A DNA stretch of 62,744 nt, counting the filler, from Rhabdomonas costata (taxonomy: Eukaryota), in the NCBI GenBank assembly GCA_019059605.1. It is 34 parts of 34 records of this genome, joined end to end, with 100 filler letters (N's around TTAATTAATTAA, not from the genome) between each part and the next. Parts side by side here need not be neighbours in the genome. Positions count along the whole stretch, not along the records: positions 1 to 1,754 come from JAHMHO010009622.1; positions 1,855 to 3,603 come from JAHMHO010009623.1; positions 3,704 to 5,452 come from JAHMHO010009624.1; positions 5,553 to 7,304 come from JAHMHO010009625.1; positions 7,405 to 9,153 come from JAHMHO010009626.1; positions 9,254 to 10,996 come from JAHMHO010009627.1; positions 11,097 to 12,845 come from JAHMHO010009628.1; positions 12,946 to 14,694 come from JAHMHO010009629.1; 26 more parts are not named here. The stretch is one strand, 5' to 3'. Under the pieces are notes generated by a model. That model had not been told where the DNA came from, did no database searches, and saw only the letters and a program-made list of their open reading frames with translations. The stretch's first letter is position 1, and each line of letters opens with the position of its first letter. Below are positions 1-13,547 of this stretch, one piece after another. The position numbers and the translations under genes were made by a program.

Positions 1-235
1 TGTGTGGGGTGTTTGGTTGTTTTGTTCCTCGATGCGCAAAGGTGTTGCTGGGTTGGCAAATGCAAGCTCTGATTCCAGATGCATGAATAGCAAGCAACAT
101 GCGTATTGCTTGGTTTGGTCTATCAGTGATTTCACGAAAGCCACTTTTTGAGCGCCACAGAGCCTATCACAGACCCGTGAGGCTCTTGCGGAAGGATGTG
201 TGATGGACGGTGTGTGTCTATGCGGGGTTGCTCAG

Positions 236-564
236 GTGACGTTCAACCAGTTCGTGATGGCGCCCGAGCGGGGCCCCCGGGAGTGGTTCCACGAGACGGC
301 TAGTGGCACCCCAGACGTCATCGCGGCGATGTTTGGGCGCAGCTTTGACCTGACTGCGGAAGTCCCGTGGTACGCCGTTGAGGACGGCGAGGAGGAGGAT
401 CCGGAGCACGGTCAGGCTGAGCTGGAGCGGAAGTACAGGCAGGCCGTGCCTGTCGTGGCGTCGGCTTCGCTGCAGACGTATGGACACACTTTGGCTGTGC
501 ATGTCCGTGTGTTTGTTTGTCCCGTCCTCCCCAGAAAAAACTCACCCTACCAAGAACACAGCGT

Positions 565-597
<33 letters not shown>

Positions 598-1349
598 TTG
601 GTGTGTGAAAAGTGAAGACAGGCCACCGAGCATCAGCGGAGTGGCGAGCGCAGAGGGTTGGTGCTACCTAATCCCCCGTTTTATTGCGCCATTGAGGGTT
701 TCCCCAAGAACTTCCGCCCAGCAGCAGAGGGTGATCCGATCCAGAGATTATTTGAAGCCTTTGAAGAGCTCTGCGTTGTGTGTGTGTGTGTGTGTGTTTT
801 TTCTTCCAGCAGGTTGGGCTGCTGTCACGTCACTGTTATCGCCTATTTTGTGGCCTTAAAGTGTGAGTCGGGGTTGGGTGTGCGTGGGGAGGTGCAAAAT
901 TCGTCGAGAAATCCAAGGGAACGTTTTAGGTTAAACGCACCTTACTGGATGAGGGTGAGGTAATGAGCAAAAGCAGCTCTCTTTGCAAAGCACACCGTAA
1001 AACTCCGTAGATGAGCTGTGGTGCCTGTTCTGCCGCTTCCTTTCGGGCCTTGCAACCTGGCACGCTCCTCCGGAACAGGACGTTAGGCCTGACATGCGAC
1101 ACAAAGGCCACCCTTCTTCTGGACACACACGACGTGACGGGCGCCGCGGTGCGGGAGAAGTGGCTGGCCGTCCCTGTGGCCCTGGTCAGCAAGCTCCCGG
1201 GGTTTCTGTTCACGGCCTACACGGTGGCCTCCACATTCAGTCCGGCGCTGGTGCCGCTTCCTTGGTACGCCACTTTGTTGTCCAAGGCGGCCAATGCCTC
1301 GCAGCAGGTCTTCGCGGAGCCCCCACAGCCGAAGATGCAGCGTCTACTG
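236..1349 (+). CDS. Hypothetical protein, two internal exons (236-477, 1079-1349)
   Basis: GC3-rich exons bounded by AG/GT. A phase-2 splice joins ...ASLQT|TLGLTCD... in frame. No family recognised. Confidence 0.7.
615..760 (+). repeat. Intronic structured repeat, copy A (partial, flanked by TG microsatellites)
   Basis: Shares GAGTGG(G)CGAGCGCAG...CCCAAGAACYTCCGCCCAGCAGCAGAGG(G)GTGATCCG with 41395-41494, and the CAGCAGCAGA..GGTGATCCG core with 60750-60770. Confidence 0.9.
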
Positions 1350-1754
1350 GTGTGTTGCAGCGGAAGTCAAAGAATGCTTCCTTCTTCCTTTCGGCGCCTC
1401 TGCCATCCTCGGGCTGGACCGAGGAAGCCATCAGCACATCGGAGGCAGGGGATCCTCGGAAGCCAGAACCTCAGCCATCCTCAGCCATCCGGTCTGTTGT
1501 GTGCGCACCATTGTATAAGTCAGCCGTTTCCTGTGCTTCAGCATAAGCCCCGGTTGTATTGCACTTCCATTGTGTATCAGGTACACATGTGCAGTTTCAT
1601 CAGTGACACCATAGGGAGGTGTTGGTCGGTTTCATTAAAATCCCTCATTCGGGAACACGGGGAGCCCAGGGAATCACTCCTCATTCGAGGCTCGGTATGG
1701 CTGGTATGAATTGAGGAGGTGCTTATTTGGTGCCGCAGTGGCAAAACAAAAACC

Positions 1755-1854
1755 NNNNNNNNNNNNNNNNNNNNNNNNNNNNNNNNNNNNNNNNNNNNTT
1801 AATTAATTAANNNNNNNNNNNNNNNNNNNNNNNNNNNNNNNNNNNNNNNNNNNN
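1755..1854. other. Artificial contig linker N44-TTAATTAATTAA-N44 (first of 33, recurring about every 1.85 kb)
   Basis: An identical 100-bp spacer with stops in all six frames recurs throughout the window, and the flanking contigs are unrelated. Confidence 0.99.
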
Positions 1855-3075
1855 TTGTGTGTGGGTGCGGCTTTTTTAGCTAGTCATGCAGGGGGTGCGG
1901 GGTGCGTTTTTATCGAAAGCCTGCTGAAGGTTCACTGAGGGATTGTGTTCCTTTTGTATTCAGCTGTTATTTTGGCTTCTGTGCTTCTTCTCCTGTGTAT
2001 AGCCTTTGTGTCAACAGTTTTTGCTACTTCTTTGTTTGTGGGCCTATTTACGTAGCACCGTTATTCTCGCCATTTAGGTGTCATTGGAATGCAAATCTTG
2101 TCGAGTTTGATTTTTAAACTTTGCCATGCGATTTTTTCTGAACTGAAACGTCCGAGATTCTCCACTAGAAAACTGTCTCCACGGATTTGCTTTGCTTTGC
2201 TTGATATCAGGTTTATACAACGCCCGTCCGGACAGGTTGTATGTTAGGATACCGGTTAAAACCTGCCCTAACGTTTCAAATGCCTTTGTATCGACGGGCC
2301 GCCTGATGTAAGCTCTCGTGGCTCTGGGTCGCAGACAGCCTTTATCACGATTTGATTTCACCAAGATTTCTGTGGAAAATTCCATTTATAAAAGGAAAAC
2401 TGGTTTCAAATCGCAACCGAAAAGCGGCACAAAAACATCATGAAACCCAAACTCAAACCCAACGAAAAAGCGTCAACATCAGAGGTCGGTTCAAGACATT
2501 TGAAATCAATTGAAATAAGCGTTGCAGAACACCTCTTTTAATTATCCATCTGCTCAGTTTTCATTTTGTCAATCCAAACGGGCAAACATGCAACAAGCAC
2601 AACGGAACATGCGCATATAGAATGGCATTTTCTAGAGCAAGACTATGTATGCGGTGTATTTTCGGTAATCATCTCAATACTGGCCTTCTTTTCGGCCATT
2701 GTCTTGCTTCAAACCATTCACGTCTACTTGATCACCATTATTTCTCATGTAAGAGATTTATCTTATTTTCTTAGCGCATTCTGACTCTCATTTATTTTGT
2801 GCATTTCTCTGGTTTGCATTCGTTCATTGTTATTATTTTGCACGGAGCAAAATCTATCGAGAGTAGTGCGCGATAGATGCTGCGTGTTTCAGTAGTAATT
2901 ACCCTGTTACGCTGTGGATTCCATAGATACGTAATGTAACTTATGTCCACTGGTCTCCTGCGTTGGTATACGGTGAAACCACGGCTCTCGCACACACGCA
3001 CCTATCCACACACCCACGTTTCCACTAGCAAATGCCACAGTCAAACATAGAAGGAGTGTGTAGTCGCACAGAAGT

Positions 3076-3240
3076 GAGCAGCAATAGATCAAATAAGTTA
3101 GCCGCTGGAAAATGGCAGCTGCAACAAATTACAGGGACCCGCGTGGCAGAATGGATGTTACCACATGTGGAACGTTTGGAGTTGATTATGTTGAAATTCC
3201 ACACATCCGAGAAAGAGCATGGATTTGTGGAGTTTGGAAA
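3076..3240 (+). pseudogene. Decayed coding fragment of a dispersed family (homologous to 7020-7160)
   Basis: RDPRGRMDVTTCGTFGVDYVEIPHIR aligns with RDPCGRREVTICGTFGGEPVPVPHHR, with several synonymous differences. Frameshift and stops lie upstream. Confidence 0.6.
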
Positions 3241-6200
3241 CACGCACTACTGCCACCACAAACACCACAGCACATGGACGCAAAGCAAGTCGGTCGTTGC
3301 AACTCTCTGCACAAATGGACCTTGTCGGATGAACTGCCCACCGCCTTAGAGCACTGAGTGTATGTGGTGACCAAATGAAAGAATACCAAACCACAAAGTT
3401 ATATAACTGATATTTCAACGCATATACACACCCACACCTAAGAACAAAGACTGTGCACAAAAATAACAATTTCCCATTCGATACAGTTTTCCATAGGGAT
3501 CAAGGAATGCACACAAATGTAAACAAAAGGGTACAACTCGCAAATGTCAACAGAATTGTGTCATACAAGTGCAAGAGAAATCAAGAGCTAAGGCAACAAC
3601 CCCNNNNNNNNNNNNNNNNNNNNNNNNNNNNNNNNNNNNNNNNNNNNTTAATTAATTAANNNNNNNNNNNNNNNNNNNNNNNNNNNNNNNNNNNNNNNNN
3701 NNNTTTGGGGGGGGGATGAACTGCGAAAGAAAACTTGTAAAAACGTGAAGAAAGGGCATCTTTCGGAAAAATATTGTCCGCGTCACCTGAAAAAGTCACA
3801 ACCGAAAGAAGTGCACCTTAAATCAGACATTGTCGGACTTACAGCCAACAAAGGGGTGGGGAAAAACTGGTTTTGACCTGGAGGTGGTTTTGCCATTTTA
3901 CCTCAACCTCTTTCTTTTGAGATGACGCGGGCCATAACATCAGTCGGTGCAGGCAAACTTTACCTAAAATTTACCCCGTGACAGGAAAAAAATCTTGCGT
4001 TTAACAGTGTTAAACGTTTAACGGCGTGCACGACCCCACCACCAAGACAAGTCCCCTCCTCATCCGTCCGCTCCGGCCGCGCCACGGACTGCGTCCGGCC
4101 CCAGACCCCAGATGTTGTACCAATCGGTCCACAAAGTCCCAAAAAGGTGAACGCAATGTCAGACGAGCTAGCTGTCTATGTCTCTTGCTCTTGTGGCAAT
4201 GTCGCCCCCACCCCGCTCGTCCTTCGTAACTACTTCCGTTTCGACTTCCTCGATAAGTCATCATCATCATTAGAGCAAAGAGAGCTTTTCGAAACAGTGG
4301 TGGCAACCAAAATGCAGGGCAGGCGCCCCTCAAACTGTGGAGGGGAACCGTCCTCGCATAAAGGCTGTGAGCAATGGGAGCAGATGTTACAGAGGGAACC
4401 TGTGGCCGGCGCTGAGGGGTGTGAAGCTCGCTTAGGGCGGCCTGCAAGGCGGAGAGCTGCAGCTTGGCATCCCTGAGCTCTTGCGACAGCACGCAGCACT
4501 GCCTGTGCAAAAAAAGAAAAGCAGCATACAGGTTGTAGTGGCTAGAAGGATACCTGTGCTCCCCCTGCGCGCCGCTTTCGACTGGTCAATGGCCTGATGT
4601 GTGCGTGTGTGAGCGCAACTGAAGTCAACAGCAGTCAGCGTACGGATGCTGTGTTCGGCGATGTTTGGCCCCTTCACACTATCACGACATTGAGTGAGTG
4701 TTCAAGTGAATGCGCGCGTGAGTGCGTGTGTATAATTGCGTGTGCGAATTTACATGTACATCTGTATTTGGACTGTGGGAACATGGGGTTGCATATTTTG
4801 GGAGCCCGGCAGAATTCTGGGGAGGGGGCGACATACTCTCCAGAGGAGTGGTCAACGTTATGAGAGCGTCCTGGCGAGAAGGAGGTCCCAAGGGCATTGG
4901 AACTGGCATTGGCGCTGGCACTGGCATAGGAGGCCTGCACAAAAGAGAGGTTGCAAGAGATGGGCAGGAGAAGAGCACGGCGATAACTACGAGAGAAATT
5001 CACGGCTGCTCAGTCGTCGATGAAGGGAGATTGCTGGCAAACAGAGAAAGTGTAATGACAAATACGGGGACAGGAAAAAACAATCTGAAGTGAACTGCCC
5101 CCCCCCCAATGGCAACACTCTCCTCAGTGCATGGCTATGTGCCAGAGAAAAGATTGGCGTCTGCATCAAATCCGACTGTCGGTTTGAAAAAGCCTAAAAG
5201 GCCCCGACAACGAATTCTTCTTCGTCAAAAGCCTCCCTCAAATTATGCCGGCGGATTCTCTCCTCCTCCCCTCCCCCCATATGTGCACGTGAATGTACAT
5301 CTTTCTGCATTTTTTTGTTTGCTTTTTTCTTCTTCAAAAAATAATGTGTGTGCAGTTGTGGACGAACTTGCAGAGCCGCAAGGGGGCACCCCCATCGGCT
5401 CTGCAAGTTCGTCCACAACTGCACACACATTATTTTTTGAAGAACAAAAAAANNNNNNNNNNNNNNNNNNNNNNNNNNNNNNNNNNNNNNNNNNNNTTAA
5501 TTAATTAANNNNNNNNNNNNNNNNNNNNNNNNNNNNNNNNNNNNNNNNNNNNACCTCACCAATCGTCGGGGGCCTCACCGGGGGGGAGGGGGGACCACTT
5601 TTTTCGGCTCAAATCCTCAATTCGCCTGGTGACATCCACGAGTTGGCATACACCATGGTCACTCCCGGACGGGACCGACCAAACCGTGTTTGTCCCTCGC
5701 TGTGCGCCTTGGAGGCCTTGAAGGATCTGACTCGGTGATCTGTCGCCCAGTTTGTTTTGCGGTGGTTGAGTTTCAGGCCTTTCATTTCTTTCCAGGTCAG
5801 GGCAGCAAATTAGGAGACAGGATTTCTTTTTTTTTAGACGACTTTCACAACACGCAAGATAACGCGGGTTTGGTTTGTTAGCATACAAACTGACTGGAGA
5901 CCTAATATTGACCTCAGAATTAGGTAGAGCCCAAAAGAACTTCATGCTGTCACCATAGCGGGAATGCTTGTGTTTACCCACCCTGGAGGCCATTTAGGGC
6001 CATTTGTGTTGTTGGGCCCTTTTTGCCTTTGGAAGGGCAGTTTGTTTTGTGAATGAACTGTAGGCTGGAACATCTTCCGAAACACGTAGGCGGCAATAGC
6101 AATATACAAGTGGGAAAGATGACAACGCTTAGAATACACTATCACCTCCATTTCACCACAATCCTGTATGTATTCAGGAAAAGCGAATAGCATTCTCAGT

Positions 6201-6498
6201 GAACAACAAGTGGAGGTCGGAAAATGCTCCACTTCACTTTGTGTTCGGAGAAAAAAGTTGTTTAGTCGCAGAAGCTAAGGTGAGATGGTGAGAGGATCAA
6301 TTTAAGTTTCTCTATTTTTCTCTCTCTTGGATGCCTTTTACGCTCAAAGCTGTTGCCGTGTAAACATATGAGGGCGGAGTTGGACCTGTGGTTCGGCCTC
6401 GTGGTCCGTGCCTGTTCTCAGTTTCACAGGAATAATTTGAGTTTAGTTCCGAACCTTCTTGTCTCTTTGCTTTCTCTTTGCTTTCTCTTTGTTGTGAC

Positions 6499-6613
6499 AT
6501 GACTCGTCAGTCTGCTGAGGTTCAGCGAATCTGGGAAGTCTTTCGCAAGTTTGACAGCGATGGCAACCAGACGCTCTGCGTGGACGAGCTACGGAGAGCC
6601 TTTCTGATGCTGG
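6499..6613 (+). CDS. EF-hand calcium-binding protein, first exon
   Basis: MTRQSAEVQRIWEVFRKFDSDGNQTLCVDELRRAFLML contains a DxDGN..L..xE loop. GT donor at 6614. Confidence 0.8.
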
Positions 6614-7019
6614 GTATTTTGTGTTTGTTCACAAAGTTTGAGTATGCTCCTTGGTTCCTTGTCTGCCTTTAATTTGGAGATAGTCTTGACCCCCGCCCTA
6701 TCACGTATAGGTACCCTTCCGTTTGGTATGCTCTTGTCTTCTTCACTGGCTTTCTCCACATGCATATGATGCTTATGGGGGTGTGGCGAAGAAGGCTCAA
6801 AGGCGAGGCGAGCATGCGTGGGTGTGTTCGTGTGCGTGTGCGTGTGGTGTGGTTGATATCCTTTGAAACCAAGCGACACCAAGCGGTGAGCAGGACGTGA
6901 GAAGGATGGGAAGGGAAGCGACAACCCGGAATGGGTAGGACCACGGCGACCAGACCGACCGGGTGGGCTGGAGTGCGGGGGAGTGAAGGTGAGTGCAGAG
7001 TGCAGAGTCTTAGAGACCT

Positions 7020-7160
7020 GAACAGCAATGGAGTGAGGCGGGTATCTGGTGGAAAAGAGCAGCTGCGCGACAATGGCCCGGGACCCGTGCGGCAGAAGGG
7101 AGGTTACCATATGTGGAACGTTCGGCGGTGAGCCAGTTCCGGTTCCCCATCACCGTTCGC
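7020..7160 (+). pseudogene. Second copy of the decayed coding fragment, downstream of the EF-hand exon donor (probably intronic)
   Basis: Nucleotide and peptide similarity to 3076-3210. Confidence 0.6.
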
Positions 7161-8412
7161 TCCAAAATTATGTCTCGCGAGCACCCGTGGCCAACAGCGC
7201 GTGCGCCAGTCAGTCCACAGTGGTCACCAACAACCAGTCAACCAGGCAACCAGGCAGCAGCCAGCGCGCAATGCGCCCAACACACACACACACACACACA
7301 CACCNNNNNNNNNNNNNNNNNNNNNNNNNNNNNNNNNNNNNNNNNNNNTTAATTAATTAANNNNNNNNNNNNNNNNNNNNNNNNNNNNNNNNNNNNNNNN
7401 NNNNGTGGTGGGTGTGTTTGGTGTTTGTTGTTCATGAAGGGTGTGTGTGTGTGTGGGGGGGGGACGCTGAAAGCCAGAGGCGGCTGTGCAACCCGGGTTT
7501 GACGTTTGCTTGCGTTGTTTCCGGCAACGCCAGTTTTTCCCCTTGTTTTGGCACCTGCAACCTTCCTTACACCGGTTACTGGTTGTTTTTTTTGGAGGGG
7601 GAGGGGAGGAAGTAGTTGCAGTTGTGCACCTGCTGTCTGCTGGGTTTTGTGCCTTTTTGTGATTTTTTCGGTGATTTCCGCCAACCTAGCAGCCCCAAGA
7701 GTGGGGGGTGGGGGTGCTCGGGCGTGTGTGCAAGGGCGGGAGGGGAAGAAAGCCACGACTTACCGAACAACGCTTTCATTTTTAACGCTGTGCTATGCTT
7801 AACTGCGGGTAACGACGTTGTTTTTGCAGTTCACGTAAGGCCCACCTCCCCACCCAGGAAACGTCCTTGCCTGTGCCGCGCGCTCCAGCCAACCCGCGGC
7901 CCACTCGTCCACCAATGCCCCAAAAGCCCACCTTGAACCAGTAGAAAAAGGCACCAGAAAAGGCCACGCGCCCCCATTTTTTGTGCGCTTTTTCTGTAAG
8001 GTACCAGTCATGGCTTCAACACGAGCGTTTCTCAGTTTCTCAGGTTGGTTGCCCTCAGAGGCAGAAACAGACGGAGAACCCTCGACTAGAAGTCGGTGGG
8101 GGACCCGGTTTGGACCCCCCTTCCAATGGATATATTCGACCATCTTATATTGATTGTGCAGCCGTGCCAGCCTGGGGGTGGGGGTGCACGTTAAATAATT
8201 GGACACACACAAGCTTTGCGTTCGTTTTCCTCTTCCAACCGTTACTTGCAAAATTCCCCCCCCCAAAAAAACAGTGAAATTCTCACAGCAAAAGGGAAAA
8301 GAGCTGCTAAAAACCGAAAGGTATCTGAAGGATATGAAATACCGACACCAGGACAGCAACGTAACATCCCCCCAAACTGCTCCATTCCAATCCATTTTCT
8401 CTTTTCTTTCAG

Positions 8413-8972
8413 CTGGCGGATGTCGACGGTGGCATCAACCCTGCCTCCATCAACTTCAAGAATGTTACATTGGAAAGTGACAAGTTTGTGTGCATCCGCG
8501 ACAGCAACGGAGATGCCAACAGCATCGTGATTGTGGATCTGTCCAACAGAACCAACACGAGGCACAAGATTTCGGCGGATTCAGCCATTATGAACCCAAT
8601 CTCCAAGGTTTTGGCTCTCAAAGCCCAGCAGACATTGCAGATCTTCAATCTGGAGCTGAAGTCAAAGATGAAGTCATACTCCATGCCGGAGGCAGTGACG
8701 TACTGGAGGTGGATCTCCGCTCAGACAATTGCAATGGTGACAGCTACCGCTGTGTATCACTGGTCCATTGAAGGTCAATCTGTGAACCTTTGTTTGGTTC
8801 TGCGGGCCCTGGTTCACCATCCTTTAGTCTGATCCGTTTTGGCTGCACTTTAGGAGCCAGTGAACCCCGAAAGGTTTTTGACAGAAAAGAGGAGCTTGCA
8901 GAGGCTCAGATTCTCAATTACCGTGCTGATTCTACCGAGACCTGGCTGCTTTTGGTGGGAGTCAAGAAGTTG
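8413..8972 (+). CDS. CHC: Clathrin heavy chain N-terminal propeller (exons 8413-8773, 8854-8972)
   Basis: TLESDKFVCIRD, ISADSAIMNPISKVLALKA, LQIFNLELKSKMKSY, VYHWSIEG and AQILNYR motifs. In-frame GT-AG intron. Confidence 0.97.
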
Positions 8973-11905
8973 GTATGTGTTGTGCATGTCCTTCGTCAAT
9001 CGTGTCCAAATCTCTCCATTTTTTTCTGGTTCAAGAAAGACAGAGTTGTGGAGGCTGGAGGTTCTTCAGAAAACGTCGTTGGTGGGCAAAATTTATGCGT
9101 TAGACGTCAGGCGTTTGTAGATAACTGTTTTTTTTTCAAGTGAAGCAGAGAGANNNNNNNNNNNNNNNNNNNNNNNNNNNNNNNNNNNNNNNNNNNNTTA
9201 ATTAATTAANNNNNNNNNNNNNNNNNNNNNNNNNNNNNNNNNNNNNNNNNNNNGTGGGGTGTTGGGTGTCTCTCTCTTCAGGCACGAGCCAGAGAGACAC
9301 CCGTCATTCCCCGCTTGGTGCGTGTACACGTCTCCTGGATGTCCGTCCGTCTGCAACGCTATGCCTCACCAGAGGCATGCTGAGTGTACGTGCGTCTGCA
9401 CAGCGTACTGGGTGTCACAAGCTGCTGCCTCGATCCTTAGCCCCTTTACCGTCCTAGATAATATAAGCTTTTCAATGTACGTTGCTTGTTTGCGGGAGTG
9501 CATCTGCTGCGTGCTGCTGGCGTGAAAAACTATTTCCCACCTGGGTATTCCTGAAAGGTCCTGACCAACGAAATATCCCTGCCTTCGCTTGTTCCGTACG
9601 CCTCGAAGATTACGAAGATCTTGTCCTAATGACTTTCGATTCAGATGGTTTTTGGTTGGGGACCACCGGCTCGTAATTACGAATCCCCTGCCTTACTGCC
9701 TCATTCTGAGGTACATGGGAGAGAAAGGGAGGGTGCGTACAGTATGTGCGTACGTATGAACAGAGCCCGTGGGTTACTGCGTGCGAAAGTTTTGGAGTGT
9801 GCTCTGCCTGCTGCATTGACCTTCACAGGAAGCGAAGAAGACGTGCTCGTCTGTGGCCGCTGAGATACCTGTGGGAGGCTTGGGGCTCTGGGGCAGTGCC
9901 TTTGAAGCGTAGGTGCAGCCTCGCCACAGACGTGTACCTCGTTGCATAGCGTATCAAATCCGAACGTTTCCGGCTTTCCAAACAGAAACACAGTATACGC
10001 AAGTAAATAAACCTTGTGAAGAAGCGGATGACAGGATTTCCCCCCCAAGAGGATCCTTCACACACATTCGGTTCGGGAGTGAACGTGCAAAGCCTGCAAG
10101 AAACCAGGTCACTACGTGCAAAAACGTAGGCAAAGAAGTTTGCTATCACTCATGACAAGGCTTTGATCTCTAGACAAACAGCAATGGGATTCAGAGGAGA
10201 AGGATAGAGTAAGTAGACGGAGTGTGGCCAGAATTTGGAGGTCAGGCTATTCAAACTGTAGCCGTGAAGGAAACCAAGCCGAATACTCACTTGGCAAGTT
10301 CATTGCACTTTTTCAACTCGTGGAGTTAGTCTTGAGGGAGGTAGCGCGGTCCCATTCACAAGACGCGGTCATTGTAGTCTCGACCACAGCCAGAGAAGAG
10401 GGGGGGCCCCCTTCTCTGGGTAAACGAGCGTTTGTCGCCTGATATAACATCTAGAAAAACTCCGCGGCAACTGCTCCCACTATTTTTCAGACTCCCCCAT
10501 CAGACTCCCTCGTGGGGGCATTGAGGACAAAAGCACTCTCTAAAGTACTCATCGTCTGACACATCGGCACACATACACACTAAAATAACAGCAGCATGAG
10601 CACTGAAACCGAACACTTGGTACAGGAACGCGTTTGCCGGCGACCACGGCATCGGCGGCAGAAACGGCGCGCCAGCGAATCGCTGAGAGTGCCTCAGCAA
10701 AGGAATTCCAGTTCAGTCCTGGGATGCCTGACGAAGCGAAAATGGAAACGGTTGGAGTGGCGACCTAATGTTACATCAAGTGTTGCGCGAATTAAAGGGA
10801 TAGTAGCAACCTCACTTCCCTCCCGAAGAGACAGAAGTGGAAGCCTGGACGCTATGTGCACGAAAGAGAAATGCGCAAGTACTCATTTGCAGCACAGCAG
10901 AAGAAGAAACTCGAACTCCTAGAAATGTTGCCGAAACCTGACTGCTACTTTGCGCCCCGGCTCCCCATGACCAGACAACCTGCATCCCCCCAACACNNNN
11001 NNNNNNNNNNNNNNNNNNNNNNNNNNNNNNNNNNNNNNNNTTAATTAATTAANNNNNNNNNNNNNNNNNNNNNNNNNNNNNNNNNNNNNNNNNNNNTTGT
11101 GTTGTTTCAACAGGTTTCCAACGTTGATTTTTCCCGACATTACGCCCCTGGGACTAACATGCATACAGGACACATATAAGTCGCTTCAGGTATTTAACAG
11201 GTGGGTATGCCAGTTAGTCCCAGGGGCGTAATGTCGGGAAAAATCAACGTTGGAAACCTGTTGAAACATAATAATCCTCTCTGGGTCGAAACAAAGTGAA
11301 AAAACATGACCGCCAATTTCCCTATGTGTGTTTTGTGGGAATACCACCTATGTGGGTTTACCATCCCCATTCATTACTCTCGGTAGCAGGAAAAGGCTCA
11401 GCCCTTGCCAAGGCTCTTTGTCTGCGCAACCGCAAAAAAAAAAAATGAGGGAAATGGAGAAAAAGGTGCAACTGCGTTCCGACACGTGGCGAACCAGACC
11501 AAACCTTCTCTGTACCATAACTGCTCAAAGGGCAACCCTTATTAGGTCCTAAAGGAAGGCTGATCTCTGATCTAATATCACTAAGATACACATGTAGTCA
11601 GGATGGGGCAGGAGGGGGGGGGGATGGCGAATATCACTACATGTCACCGCGTGACGTTGTCCTTTTCGAGTCAATGGACCTCTGTTTCGTCGAAGAGGAC
11701 AAGCTGTTCCCGATTTAAAACTACACTGGATGAGTTAATTTCTTCCGGCGTGACATAGCCCTCACATTCTGAGAACGGTTGTAAGAAAAAAGATAACGCT
11801 AAATGTGCAATTCCGAAAACCCACAACCACACAACCGATGCACAACTTGTATGTACGCATATCGCAGGGTAGCGATTGCGCAGGGCGAGGTCCGAAAGGC
11901 ACGTA

Positions 11906-12108
11906 CCTTGAAAATGTTGAGCCGGCAGTTACGGTCAGAGGAGGATTTGAGGACCTCCTCGGGTGAACTGGGATGACAACCATACCTGCAAAAGAAATGC
12001 CCGAGTGGGGCAGCATGTGATAGAGAACCTACCCTAATTCCGGGAGTGAATCCAGAGATTCGAGCGCTTGTAATTCATGTAAAAAATTCATGTAACCCCA
12101 AATATTCT
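11906..12108 (-). CDS. Hypothetical protein, two short exons
   Basis: NIWGYMNFLHELQALESLDSLPELG|YGCHPSSPEEVLKSSSDRNCRLNIFK joins in frame across GT-AG boundaries. Confidence 0.4.
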
Positions 12109-13547
12109 GTTGACTTCTGTTTCAAAAAAAGTTCACCAAATAATGCCAAACAATTCTGGAAAAGTGCGATACTCCTTTCAACGAGGGAAGAAGACTGATT
12201 GCTCAGCATGAGAAAGCAGTGCAGCACGTAATGTGGACATACCATCATATGAGTAAGGGGAGTGAACAAAGCGAGCTGCCATTGACCGTCCCGCCGCAAG
12301 CAAAAACAACAAACAATAAACGGAGGCAAAGAAAATCCGCCAGGAAAGAAACAGATAATAGTTGCGGGTCAGATTGGGAGGGGAGAGGCCGAATCAGGCC
12401 GGGGCCGTTTTATACACAAAATCCTCCCCAAATGCTGCGGGCCAATTCTTTCACCATCGACCGGCATCTCGTGCCCCATGGTGGCTCTGCTATGTTTTTC
12501 TCGGGGGCTAGACGTGCTTCATCCCAAAAGTGAGAAGGTTTCACCCAAACGCCGAAAGAATCAAAAACGACGAGAAATACACGCACCGGCTACACAAACA
12601 CAACTAGTCCTTAAGTTTAAGCAACATGCAGAGAGAAAAATGCTCCCTCCAAACCTCTGTGCGCTCACATGATTTTTCAGAAGCGTTTTCCCCGCCTCTC
12701 AGTTTTAGAATGAAACCCGAAAAGCAACACCTCACCCCAAACGCCCAACGCTGCCAGGCAAATGGCTGCTCAGCTGCCAAACCCCACGAAACGCACACGC
12801 TGCTTGCCCAAACATACCATTACACCACCCGTCTTAACCCCCCCCNNNNNNNNNNNNNNNNNNNNNNNNNNNNNNNNNNNNNNNNNNNNTTAATTAATTA
12901 ANNNNNNNNNNNNNNNNNNNNNNNNNNNNNNNNNNNNNNNNNNNNGGTTTTTTGTTTATGGGTGTACATTGAGCCTGGGTAGATTTGCGAACAGCGTTTC
13001 TTTTTTGGTTTTTTTGTGGAGACTGAGACATGGTTAGATTTGGCAGAGCTGTCTGGGGCCAGTTTGGTTTTTCTGGGTGATGTTGTTACCACAGCGTTTT
13101 GGAAATGTGACAGACTGGCAGGAGGTTTCTTTTCGGTCGGCTTTTTCGCTGCTTCTCTCGTGCATTCCCCCCCCCCTCTTCTTCATGTTTTCTGCGTTTT
13201 GTTGTTCCCCATTCTTCTTCCCCTCCTTTCCCTTTTTGCTTCCTTTATTGCGTCTTGCTTGTCTGCCTGCCTGCTTGGGTGCTTTTTCTTTGTGTTTCTA
13301 CATTGTCTTTGTGTTGCTAAACTGCGCATCTTCTTGCCTTTGTTTTGCAGCTTACCTTTTCCGTAGTATTTGCCGTGGCATTTGCCGTCGTTATTTCCGA
13401 GCCGCTGTAAATCATCATTTCCTTCCAAACGCAAACTGTGAATTCTTTCACTATGACCTTTCAGTTTCTGTTTGTTCCGAAATTCATTGCCTTTTCCTTT
13501 CGTCCATCTTCCATCTCCTGGCTGTCTTTCGACTGGTGGATGCACAG

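Noticed and set aside
563-797. (TG)n microsatellites and the Cys/Val-rich ORFs they generate
   Set aside because: These are ordinary intronic simple repeats. Most entries in the ORF track are intron read-through or antisense shadows.
5330-5444. Perfect 49-bp hairpin
   Set aside because: It abuts the contig end with identical arms, consistent with a fold-back amplification artefact.
11103-11268. Perfect ~55-bp inverted repeat resembling a MITE
   Set aside because: It starts at the contig edge, has identical arms and no TSD can be assessed, so a fold-back chimera is likely.
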